Shown here piece by piece: positions 36,431 through 47,494 of a stretch of DNA of 64,000 nucleotides. The notes beneath the pieces were generated by a model. It was not told the DNA's origin. It saw nothing but the letters and a program-made list of their open reading frames with translations, and did no database searches. Position 1 is the first letter of the stretch. Each line of letters starts with the position of its first letter. The DNA comes from Vicugna vicugna (Eukaryota): contig MU058540.1 in assembly GCA_013265495.1 (NCBI GenBank), forward strand, positions 1,203,696-1,267,695, in the 5' to 3' direction. The translations under genes were made by a program, and so were the position numbers.

Positions 36431-39045
36431 CTCTGAGAGTTCCGTGTGGTTGGGTGTTTGTTGGGGAGGTGGTGCCCAGCACGACTGGGTGCTGTCCTGG
36501 CTGGAGGACTGAGGGCTGATCCCTTCACCTCCCAGGGCCCCGGGTCCTGCCTGTACAGGGAAGATCACATCAGATGCTCTCTGAGGTTCTAAGGCTGTGG
36601 TCTTTAGGGTTCTGGGTACATAGTCATGAGCAATGACCAGGAGAACTGGGGCGTCCAGGGTCCCAAACTTATGGTTCAAGGGTGAATTTGATCGCAAATA
36701 AGTTATAATTTTTAAAGCAAAATTCTAAAAGTGACTGCTGAGTCCTGTGGCTTCTGATTGTCCACAGTCCCAGGCTTCCTGTGGTATAACATGAGGCCAT
36801 GCTACACTTTCCTCTGTCCTGTCAGACCTCTGACAGCACTTTTGTGTGGGACCCCTGGGAAGGAAGGTCCAGGGCTCTGGGCTCCCAACTCTGATCTGCC
36901 AGACTCAGCCCTGCTCCAGCCTCCCCAATCCGGCTCGATCTCCTCTGAGGCAGGGCAGGAGTCCCAGGTCCAGTCCCAGTTCACTGTGTCCCCAGTCGGG
37001 CCTCAGCCTCCTCCAGTCTGGTTAGGTGTTTCTCTGAGAACCTTCTGGCCCTGGAAGCCTGGCAGGGTCCTGACACAAACCCATTGTTCAAGGCAAACAC
37101 ACTGCAGTCCCCTGCCCCCAACTGCTTTCCCCCAGCTCAGGGCATGCTCAGGGCAGGGAGCAAAGGTCCAGGTGGGGACTGAATCTCTTCTCTCCCCCAT
37201 AGTCTTCATCCTCCAGATCCACCCAGGGACAAGCCCCTGGTTTTAGCCAAATAGAGGACTCTTCAAATAAAGACAGAAGTTTCCCTTGTCTTATTTGAGT
37301 AGGCTGTTCCATATGGTTGTGTGGTGCCCTGGAGGTGGGCTCCCCTGAAGGGGATCAGGGAGTGCCTAGGCTAGATGGGGTTCTGCCAGGGAGGTGTGCA
37401 GAGGGGGAAGAGGAATCCAAAGTTTGCTGCCAGCACATGAGTTGTCACTGGATGGGTGTGCACCTGCCAGGGACGTGTGCCTCTGTGCTTCATGGCAGAT
37501 CCACACGGCAGGGAGCTGCCCCACCCAGCCTCCCACAGCTCCCCTTTCTGGAGCCGCTCCAGCTCTCCACTCCTAGCCCCTAATCCTCATCACCACCTCC
37601 CTCCCAGCTCTAGACTGTGATCTGAGGCCTCTCCAGGCCCAGGCCCAGCTGGAGACATCAAAGTAGGTGACTCCAGGGACTCAGCTGGGGCCAGGGTGGG
37701 CAGCTTGGAGACAAAACCAGTTCAGCAGAGCTGATCTGGGTTCTGGCCAGGGTCCCAGTCTGCCCCCTCCCTGGGGGTGGGCAGACAGCAGGGGCCCAGC
37801 AAGGCACCAGCCTAGGGCAGGCCCCCTCCTCCTACCCGTACATTCCCAGCTGACAGATGCCAAGGTGCTGTTTGCTCACTGCCAGGAGTAAACTTTCTTC
37901 TGGAGACAATAAAATTGCTGAGGGCAGAAGGTGCAGTATGGGGCAGCATTTAACCCTTAGTGGTCTGGGTGGCATTGCTGGCTCCCCGTCCTGTCTCCAG
38001 GAAGCCTGTCATCAGAAGCTAAGGATTACAGAGGCTAAGGACGCTGATGAAGCAGGAGGCCTGGAGGGGCAGAGAGAGCCCTGTCCTTGTGGGTTCAGTT
38101 CCTATTTCTGCCACTGATTGGCTGTGTGGCTGTGAGCAAGTGATTTAACTGCTCTGAGCCTCAGTTGCCAAATTTGGAGGAGGAGAGCTTTTATCTCATA
38201 GTTTTGTTGGGAAAGTTAATGACAAAAAAGCAGTGGAAGCACCCAGTGGAAGCAGTGGAGGTGGTGGAAGCGCCCAGCACCTAGTCGGCCCTCAGGACAC
38301 GTGAGCTGGATGAACACATGTGAGGGAGCACAAGGAAACAGTGAGTTGCTTTGCCCAGGGGAGGGGCCAGTAGGTTCCGTCTTCCCCAGCGCACAAACAC
38401 TTTGACCCACACCCTTTTCCCATCGTGAGCTCTCGCCCCTCACTTCCCACTCATGGGGCTCACAGCCCCAGGGGCACTGATGAAGTCTGTGGTTTCCCTC
38501 AAGACAGAGAAATTGCCCACAAGCCAGCCTCTCTCCCACACTGCTCGTTGCAGAGCCACTGTCCCAGGAGGGGCACTGAAGCACCCCCCTCCCTTCTAAG
38601 GCCCTGCAGCCCCATCCCAGACCCCCCCTCAGCTGGCCAAGCAGAGATCAGGGCTGTGGGCCCCCTCTCAGGAGGGTCAGCCCCTGGCCCACCCCAGGGG
38701 AAAGTCCTGATCCTCAGCAGAGCCAGGTGGGAAGGATGCCACCTTCTCTCCAGTACTACCATAGACCCTCTTCAGCTCCAGCCCACGCCCCTCCTTTCAG
38801 CCCACACCAGGGTCAGGGGAGGGTCATCCCAGCCCTTTATTGGCCTTGAGGACTCACCGTCTCTCTCCCACAGCATCTACCAATCAATTATCCCTTTCCT
38901 TTTAGGCTCGCTTCAATGTCGTCTCCCTCAAGCAGCCTCCTTTGACCACCCCAGGCCCCTGTGACCACAGCCACTTCGAGCACTGATGGCCTCCGGGCGT
39001 GCCACACACTTCAGGACACTGGGGCCATGTCAGTTCTCTAGTATC

Positions 39046-39051
39046 TTTATT
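39046..39051 (-). terminator. SPDEF: SPDEF polyadenylation signal AATAAA
   Basis: ggatAATAAAgatactagagaactga on -, about 480 nt after the stop; a second AATAAA lies at 38836-38841. Confidence 0.85.
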
Positions 39052-39528
39052 ATCCATTCCCAGGGTACCTCTGGCTTCCCAGCTTAAGGGTGCAGACATC
39101 CCCCGGCTCCATGCCAGATGGGTGCAGAATGGGTGGCAGAGAGCACTGGACTGCTAGAGGCCTTGGCCAAGTCACTGCCATTCTGTCAACTCTGCTCTGG
39201 AAATTCTGGGGTCAGAGGCTGAGGTGGAAGGAGAGCCTTCCCTGGGGAGCTGTGAACACTGAGGGCAGCCCTGGCTCCCTCCATCCTCTGGTGGACTGGG
39301 TACAGGAGCAGTCAGGCCTGAGGAGGAAGCACCCCACCCTGGGAGTCCCTCAGGCCCCAGAGAACTCACTTATACCCCTGGGAGCTGTGGACCATCCCCT
39401 GCCTGACCTTGAACCCTGGATGCCAGCAGACCGCCCTCTCCCCTGGCTCAGGGTCTGGCCCAGGCAGGGCAGGCAGGAGGGAGGTCTGGTGAGGGTGAGT
39501 TTCAGGCCTCGGGCCTGGACCACAGCCC

Positions 39529-39707
39529 TCAGATGGGGTGCACAAACTGATAGACCAGGCGCTGGGAGATGTCCGGCTTCCGGATGATGCCCTTCTTGTA
39601 ATACTGGCGGATGGAGCGGCTCAGCTTGTCGTAGTTCATGGCAGGACGGTTCTTGCGGATACCCCAGAGCCGGGCCACCTGGGCGGAGTCCTCAATTTTG
39701 AAGATGC
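39529..39707 (-). CDS. SPDEF: SPDEF last coding exon (ETS domain C-terminal part)
   Basis: (G)[58 protein letters not shown] followed by TGA; acceptor ccctAG. Confidence 0.97.
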
Positions 39708-40914
39708 CTAGGGGGAGCAGGAGGGCCCAGAGAGAGCCAGTGGCCCAAGGTGGGGCAGCAGGAGGGAGAAAGACCAAGACCAGCAGGTCAGTCTCTCGAA
39801 GAGCCATGGAGCCTGAGTTGGCCTGAGGCCGGGGCCAGGTGGTGGGACCACGGTACGTTTTCCCATGGTTGTGGGGAAGGTGAAAGAAATGTGCCCAAAG
39901 AGTGCCACAGGGCCCAGAAAATGGAAAATACATCCATGGCATCACAAGGGTCCAGGGTGAGCCTGTGTACATTGGTGGGTTACTTGGTGCCCTAAGGGCC
40001 CGGCTCTTCCCTGCCTCAGCTCCTCAGTGTGGGCTCTTCACACCCTACGCAGAAGCCCTGCAGGGCTCCGGGCTGTGGACACGGCTCCTTTGGCTAGGTC
40101 ATCCCTGCCCACCCCACCACCTTCACCTTTGTAGTACCTGAGCCTGAAAGACCTCTTTGCCATTCAGATACTTCAGCCCACACAGCCCTTTCTGGCAGGA
40201 TTAATTCATAGGAGATGGAGGACAGAGTGGATTTGGAGCCAGGCTGACCTGGGTGGGAATCCTGGCTCTGCCATTTTTCTACCATCAGAAGTTATCTGAG
40301 GCCCCTTTGTCTTGTCAGTAAGAGAGCATTGTACTGACCGTCACATTGTTGAGTGGTTACAGAAAGTGCTTAGAGCTATTGTGTCTTCTTTAATAGCCCG
40401 AGTTCTTATTCTAAACCTCCTGGCAAAGCCCAGGTCAGCACAGCCCCCTCCAGGCTGACTTCCCAGACCATCTCACCCTCCCTGATCTCCCTTCCCTCTA
40501 TCATGGGACCATCTCCCTGGAGGACCAGTTCACTCTAAGTCTCAACCACACACACAGGATCACCACATCTTGCACAGGAACATCTCCTCCACCCACCCTG
40601 ACCCCTTCTAGTGCTCTATACTCAGCCCCAGAGTCAGTCCACTGTGGACCTGCACACAGCTGCCCCCACAGATGGGGTGCCGCTGAGTTCTCCCTACCCC
40701 CTGGGAACACTGTAATTCTCTGTAAATGTCAGCAGAACAAGTGTGGAACCAGAGGAGGTGCTCAATGAAGATCTGTCAGATGAATAAATCTAGTCCATTT
40801 TGCAGATAAAAAGACTGGGTCCAGGCATGCACAGCTACTAATGGCAGGATGAGGCCTAGAACCCAGGTTTCTTAGCTCTGAGTCTTTTCCAAAACACACA
40901 CCCACCCACCATCC

Positions 40915-41212
40915 AGTCCTGAGCTGTCCAATGTGGTAGCCACTAACCACATGTGGCTCTTAAGCCCTTGAAATGTGGCCAGTCCCAACTGAGACGTGCT
41001 ATAAGCATAAAATAAATGCCAGACTTTGAAGGCTTAGTAAAATAGCTCATTAATAATTTTATATTGATTATACGAAATTATACTAATTTATAAAATGGAT
41101 TAAATAAAAGCATTATTAAAATTAAATTCATCTGTTTAAAAATATTTTTAATTGTGGCTGCTCAAAACTCTATCGCCCATGTGGCTCGCACTGTATGTCT
41201 CACTGGACACCA
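40915..41212. mobile_element. MER33/MER3-like hAT DNA transposon remnant
   Basis: gctgtccaatgtggtagccactaaccacatgtggct...ttgaaatgtggccagt...atgtggctcgca...tggaca. Confidence 0.75.
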
Positions 41213-41518
41213 CGTCTCCACAGTGAAGCTATGATGTTTTGAGGGTAAAGACTGTGTCCCATTCTTAGCACAATTTTAAGCCCCTGCTATGTCCCAGGCA
41301 CTGTGTGGCGCTGGGGACCCTCAACAGGCAGAGCCCAGCCAGGGGACAGATGTGGACACAGATGGCACGCAGATCTGGGCAGGTCCAATGAATGCATGTG
41401 AGCATTCAGGGCAAAGGTAGGGCAGGTCCACCTCCCTGCCCCGCCCCCAACCCCTCCTGTGCCCAATGCCTGGTGGGACCACAGCCTCCAGCCGCCTCCT
41501 TCCCCACCCACCGCTCAC

Positions 41519-41665
41519 CCTTCTCCTTGTTCAGCCAACGGATGAAGCGGCCGTAGCTGTGGGGCTTCAGCAGCAGTTCCTTAAGAAACTGCCACAGGTG
41601 GATGGGCTGCCCGGAGCAGGATGAGTCAACCTCGCTGTCAGTCCAGCTCTCCTCGCTGGTCGAGG
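41519..41665 (-). CDS. SPDEF: SPDEF coding exon 4 (ETS domain N-terminal part)
   Basis: (A)STSEESWTDSEVDSSCSGQPIHLWQFLKELLLKPHSYGRFIRWLNKEK(G); acceptor acccAG, donor G|gtgagc. Confidence 0.97.
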
Positions 41666-41776
41666 CTGGGTAGCCAGGAAGGGTGGCGGTGAGTGGGGAG
41701 CCCCTCTCTTCAGCGGCCACCCCTCCTCACCCCCAGACCCAGAGCCCCGGCCACCTCCCCACCCTGCCCGGCTCAC

Positions 41777-41824
41777 CACAGTAGTGAATCGCCCCCGGGG
41801 AGGTCCTCTCTTTCATCCAGGCCG
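41777..41824 (-). CDS. SPDEF: SPDEF coding exon 3 (48 nt)
   Basis: (A)AWMKERTSPGAIHYC(A); acceptor tcccacAG, donor G|gtgagc. Confidence 0.95.
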
Positions 41825-43240
41825 CTGTGGGACAAGGAGAGGAAGCTGGGGACTCAATGAGACCCCAAGGGATGAGGAGGGCATTTAGGTGGGACTATGG
41901 GGCCGTAGATGCCCCCCTGTGGCTCCCTCCCTCCTGACAATGTGGGAAGAGAAGCTGTTTACAGAACTGCTTCCTGCAAGAAAATTTAGGATTTCAGAGC
42001 TAAGTGGGGCCTTAGAGGCCCTGCATGCAGCCTCTTGTTCAGAGAGGAGAACAGAAGTCGAACCTTGCCCTGCCTTCCTTTTGTCACCTGTGAAATGGGA
42101 CTGGGACAGCCTCTCACAGGTCTTACAAGGATGCAGAATGATGACGTCGGCACCCTGCCTTGCTCAGTGCCCAGCATAATAAAAATGCTCCCTGCCCTCC
42201 AGCCGCCAAGCCCTCCAAACACTTCCTTCCATCCCCTCCTGTTCTCCACCTGGCCCCCTCCCCAGACCAAGTAGTAGGGGGGCATGGAGGCAAATAGGCT
42301 CTGCCCACATCACCACTCAGCTCTCAGCCTGGCACTGTCCACTGTCCTTGCCAGCCCCTGGCAAGGGGCCTGGATTGGGGTAGGATATTGGTCTGACTGG
42401 GCCATGAGAGTGGGATCTGTCCTCGTATTCATCCTGACCCCGAGGGGCAGGGCCCTTGACTCATCAAGCAAGGACTGAGTCCTCCAAAGCCCATGGCTCT
42501 GTGCAGGGCACACTGGGCACCCAATGAGACTGAGAAGATGTAAATATGAAGGGGTTGGCATGCAGCCATCAAAAATAGGGCAGCTATGTATACACTAGTG
42601 GAGAACAAGATCCAAGATACACTGTTAAGTACAGAACGGTGATACTCTGTACTCTTCCTGTTAGAAAAAGGTAGAGGTCACACTTACACTTGCTTGTATA
42701 TGCATAGACTTTCCTTGGCAAGGTACCCAAGAAACTGGCAACAGTGGTTGCCTCTAGGGAGGGGGATTGGAGGGCTGGAGGTCAGTGGGAGGGAGGATCG
42801 CTCCTCATGCTGTACTGTTTTTCACAATTTTTTAAAAATCCTGTACATTTGTTACCTCATTAATTCTTTAATGAAAGACCACACAAAACAAACACAAAAA
42901 ATTTAAAAGAACAAAGAAACAGGACTTCAGAGCATCCATGGTCTCTGTCAGCTCTGATGTCCCATGTCCTCACAGTCTAACTTCTACCTTTTAACTCCCC
43001 ATGTGTGCCGTCCTACGCTCTGCGGCCTTGACTAGGGTGGGAAGTGGGTTGGGGCTTGTGAGTTCCTCCAGGATCCAGAGGGCAGTTGTATTGGGGGCTG
43101 GGATTCAGAACAGAGCCCAGACTGAGACAAGGGGCTGCTTCTTCAGTGGACTCCGGGGAAGGAACCCTGGCCTCACCATTCCCCACTATGTCTCTAGCCT
43201 GGAGCCCTGGAGGGGCTGCTCCCCCCACGCTATGTCCCAC

Positions 43241-43438
43241 CTGATTTCCAGATGTCCAGATGGGCGTGCAGCACGTCCCCACCCAGGGGTGAGCGCTGAC
43301 GAAACTGCTCCTCCGACATGGCACACAGCTCCTTGCCACCCAGCTCCTGGAAGGCCTTGCCCACGGGGGGCAGCCGGTACTGGTGCTCTGTCCACAGGAG
43401 CCACTTCTGCACGTTGCCAGGGCTCCAGTCCACAGGGT
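43241..43438 (-). CDS. SPDEF: SPDEF coding exon 2 (Pointed/SAM domain)
   Basis: (D)PVDWSPGNVQKWLLWTEHQYRLPPVGKAFQELGGKELCAMSEEQFRQRSPLGGDVLHAHLDIWKS(A); acceptor gcccAG, donor G|gtggga. Confidence 0.97.
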
Positions 43439-44589
43439 CTGGGCAAGAGACACTCCTTCAGCTCCAGAGCTGCTTGGCACCACCCCAAACATGGCTCACT
43501 CTACTCTGACCCACTCTAACTGGTGGCCTGGGACCATGCACTCCTTTGGTGGGGCCAGGCCAGGCCAGATAGGGCCTTCAGGGGCCCTGTGGAGAGGATA
43601 TCCAAGAAGAGAGGCGGGGAGAGAGGAAGGACCAGCAAGCATTGCTCATTTCACCCCTACCCTCCTCTTACCTGGACTTCAGGTGTCCCAGACCCCTCTA
43701 GCCCCTCCAAAGAGCCTTTTGAGGAGCCCCAGCCCTGGAAGGGACAGTGACATTGAGTCAAAAACACCTAAGCTTCTCTCCCAGATGTGTCTTGCCTTCC
43801 TTGAACCCCTCAAGGAACTATACAAAAACCCAACCAGGAATTAGTCCTACAAAGTTCAACCCCACCCAACACTTTATTTTACAGATGAGGAAACTGGACA
43901 CATAGAGTTCCATCCCTTTGTCCAGCACCTAACGAAGGGCTGGGGCCTGGTACTGCTCAGTGCATGTGCACTGAATGGATAAATGGCAGGGCCCAGGGTG
44001 GTCACGGGGCAGAGGCCGGGAGGGGAGTCACTGGTGAGGTCCTAGATGTCTCCTTGGGGAGCTGCTCTGGGGTGAGCCCATGGGCACAGACACAATGGGG
44101 CCTCCAAGTGAACACTGTGGTCTAAGCTGGTGCCCAGGCTGGGTGACCTCCAGGCTGGGCTGCCCCCACTTAATAAACCCATTTTCCTCCTCAGGGTCAA
44201 AGCAATTTGTTTCTGTCCCCATTGTTCAGTGGGCAGGGCCCTGCCCCGCTCGATGTGGGAGCAGAGGCACCGTGGGAAAACCTCTCAGGGCGGGGACTGG
44301 CTTGGGCACTGAGCAACTGGAGGACTGGGGCATGGGCGGGAGCTACCTCAAGAGGGGACACCAGCTGGGACTTTGCGGAGGAGGTGCTGGACCCGAGGGA
44401 CGCCCAAAGACCCTTCCTGTGTGGGATGCTCAAATGCCAAGGAGATGGGTCAGGCCTGCCCAAAGCTAGAGAGATGATGGAGAGACAGGGGACAGGAGGC
44501 CAGGAGCCCCTCGTCCAGCTCCCTAACCACACTTCCCAGGCCCTGGCAACCTGTGCTCCTGATGTGACCACCACAGCCCTCACCCCCAC

Positions 44590-45200
44590 TGGACCAATGA
44601 CTCTCTAGGCTATTTATTTATGATCTGTTTCGTCACCATAATGTCAGCTTCATAAACAAAGGGGCTTTTGTGTTGTGTTCATACTCAATTCCCCAATGCC
44701 AGAACAGGGCCTGACGTATTAAGTTATTGTTCAGGCATCTCTTATGTACAAGGTACCACCCTAGGAGCTGGGGATGCAGCATTGAACAAAACAAATGAAA
44801 ATCCCTGCCCTTGGGGCTTGTACATTCCTTTGAGAGAGACAGATAGTAAATAAGACCAATAAATAAAACATGCAGCATATCAGGCGGTGGGTGCTACGGG
44901 AGAAATAAAACAGGTTGGAGGAATAAGGGGTGGAGGTATGGGCAGCAGGTTCAATAGAGGGGTCAGGAAAGGCCTCATCAAGATGTGCCATTTGAGCCAA
45001 GACCTAAAGGAGGTGAGGGGTGAGCCAAGCAGATATTTGGAGGAAGAGTGTTCTGAGTTTAGGAACCAACAGGTGCAAAGGTCCTGAGGTGTAAGCGTTG
45101 TGGGAAGAGCAATAAGGCAGTTGTGGTGGAAGCAGAGTGAATGAGGGGAGAACGGAGACAAGTCTGAGAGGAGATGGTGGGCCAGATGGTGTAGAGCTTG
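44590..45200. mobile_element. L2 remnants
   Basis: L2 3'-type motifs (ctggggatgcagcattgaacaaaaca...ccctgccctt, ggtcaggaaaggcctc, tgcaaaggtcctgagg). Similar remnants lie at about 4660-5800, 14690-15270, 21150-21790, 23740-24300 and 61040-61500. Confidence 0.65.
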
Positions 45201-45463
45201 AATTTACTCCATCCAGTACCTACCAACTGGGGACACTGGGCTGGTGCATCTGGAGCACAGAGAGGGTGGGAAACCTTCCAGCCCAGGCTCCTAGCTGCTG
45301 TGTGTTACGGGCTGACTGTATGTGTCAAAGAACCGGCATCCCTGGGGCTGCCTGTGGTTAGGCCAGGGGTGACCTGAGTGCACCAGGTGGTGCCCCTGTT
45401 CCTCCCAGTGACTTCAGCTGACCCAGGCCCCCCTTACAGTGGTGAGTGTGAGGAAGGGCTCAC

Positions 45464-45899
45464 CTGCCGTGATGTTGAGCAGCTTGCAGGCTGTCTCGAT
45501 GTCCTTGAGCACCTCACCCACCACCATGGACTGCACCTGCTCCAGTGAGTGCTCCTCCAGGGTCAGCCCGCCTGGCGTCAAGTCCAGGCTGCTCCCCGGG
45601 GCTTGGCTGTCGATGACTGGGCACTGCTCAGGCTCATCAGTTGGCTCCTCCCGAGTGCTGCCTCCAGGGCCCTTGGCCGCCCAGCTGCTGTCCTCGGGGT
45701 ACAGCATGTCGAAGTAGGAGAGGTAGAAGGTGGACAGGCCCTGCTCAGGCGTGGCAGGTGGGCTGGGGCTCCAGTCCCGTCTCTCAGGCCCTGCCGCCCC
45801 CACCGCCCCCTTCTCCAGGCCTGCCCGCAACACAGTGTCAGGGGGCAGCAGGAGGCGGCTGGGGGAGACACTGCTCAGGCCCGGGCTGGTGCTGCCCAT
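45464..45899 (-). CDS. SPDEF: SPDEF coding exon 1 (gene exon 2)
   Basis: MGSTSPGLSSVSPSRLLLPPDTV...VVGEVLKDIETACKLLNITA(D); Kozak ggcATGG; acceptor tttctgtAG puts the exon start at 45928; donor G|gtgagc. CDS total 436+198+48+147+179 = 1008 nt = 335 aa plus stop. Confidence 0.97.
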
Positions 45900-47281
45900 G
45901 CCGCTGCTGCTCGGGCTGGCGGCTGCGTCTACAGAAATCAAAAAGGAAGGAAATTCAGGTTCTGGCTGCTTCCCCATCCCCATGGGGGCCGCTAAGCTGG
46001 TTACAGAGATGAGGAGCCCAGTGGGCAGTGGCTGGGCCTGGGAGAGACTTGGGGCTTCCGGGTCACTGGGCAGCAAGGACAGGGCTGGGGCAGACAGGCG
46101 TTCTTGGCTGGGAAAGGCAATGAGGTGGGAGTCAGGGTAGGACTCTAAACAAACCCTTCCCAGCCAGGTCAGCTGGGAGCAGCAAATCTTTACACAGGTA
46201 GGGTGCTTAAAACAACCTTCTGAATTCTTGACTTCATTCCATCCTCACAAGGGAAGGCATGATGAGTCCCATTTGGCAGATGAGCAAACTGAGGCCTGGA
46301 CAAGGAGTCTTTAATGTCCAGCCCTCTGTTGCTGGGCCAGCCCACTCCCAGATCCCAGTCCACTGTCCCATGGAGGAAGTTCCTTCTGAGAGCTAATCTG
46401 AATCTTTCCTGTTGTAGCAAAGCTTGTTTTCCTTTATTCTGCCCTCAAAAGGGGTAGGGAAGGGAGAAGGTCACCATCATCTTCACCAGCCAGGTGAAGA
46501 AAGAAAGGAGCCACTGAGGGGTGTGACAAGGTAGAACCCCCTCACCCACTTCCCCACCCACAGGGCCATTTAGGGAGTGTGAATACATTCCCAGCCTAAC
46601 GCTGCTGAGGTGGTCACCGAGCAACAAGGCACAGGTGTGCTTGGTCCCGCCTCCACTCAGGGCTGGGTTCCTGGTACCCTCCTGGCCTCATCCTCCCCTG
46701 AAAGGTGCTGCCTTGGGCCCCTCCCCACTCCCAGGGCCCTCTCCTCTCCCCTCACGCCTTAGAGGAACTCACAACTCCCACCCGAGGTGCCCATGTGCAG
46801 ACCTACGGGCCTGCTTTCCCCATGGCCACAGGGGTCGCGAAAAGGCCCAGCCAGGCTCTGGGGGCCGAACAAGGCCCTCAGCACGTCAGACCCCACTCCT
46901 CCTTGATGCCCTAAGTCCCCACAAGAGGCACCATTTGGCCTCAACACGAGGACCTAGAGGCCTCCCTCCCCATTGGTCCCAGGCTCTGCTTCCTCCCCCC
47001 ACCCCCACCGGCCCTTTTCTCTGAGCTCCAGACTGGAGTACGAGGTTTGGATGGGGCAGGAGACTTGAGACATGTACATGCAGCAAACACCAGGGGTTCT
47101 GGGATAGCTCCGTGGTTGGTGGGCTCAAGACTCAAGAATAAATTAGGACAGAGGTGGAAGATTACCAACAAACATGTGCTCCTATAATACAGGGGACCAC
47201 GCAGAAAAAAGGCAAGGATTGGATAAACCTGTTGAGGGCAAGTTGATGTGCATCCTTCCCTGGGGGTTTTAATATTTTAAA

Positions 47282-47494
47282 CAGTTTTCTCAAAATGTGA
47301 TGCCCAGACCAGTAGCATTAGCACCACCTAGGAACTTGTGAGGAACTCAAATTCTCAGGCCCACTTCATCAGAGCTACTGAATCAGAAGCTCAGGGCAGG
47401 GGCACGTGCGGGGGGTGGGGAGGAAGGTGCAGCCTCGCGTTTCAGCAGGCCCTTGAGGTGATTCTGTTGGGTGTTCAAGTTTGAGAATCGCTGC
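47282..47494. mobile_element. MER5A-like DNA transposon remnant
   Basis: cagtttttctcaaaatgtg...ccagaccagtagcattagcaccacctaggaacttg...ctactgaatcagaa...gtttgagaatcgctg. Confidence 0.75.

Noticed and set aside
41666..41776. 111-nt SPDEF intron (multiple of three) as an in-frame retained intron
   Set aside because: It contains an in-frame TGA at 41729-41727.
45900..46076. Apparent 59-aa N-terminal extension of SPDEF in the ORF track
   Set aside because: The frame runs through the acceptor and pyrimidine tract into intron 1; the spliced mRNA from exon 1 excludes these upstream codons.
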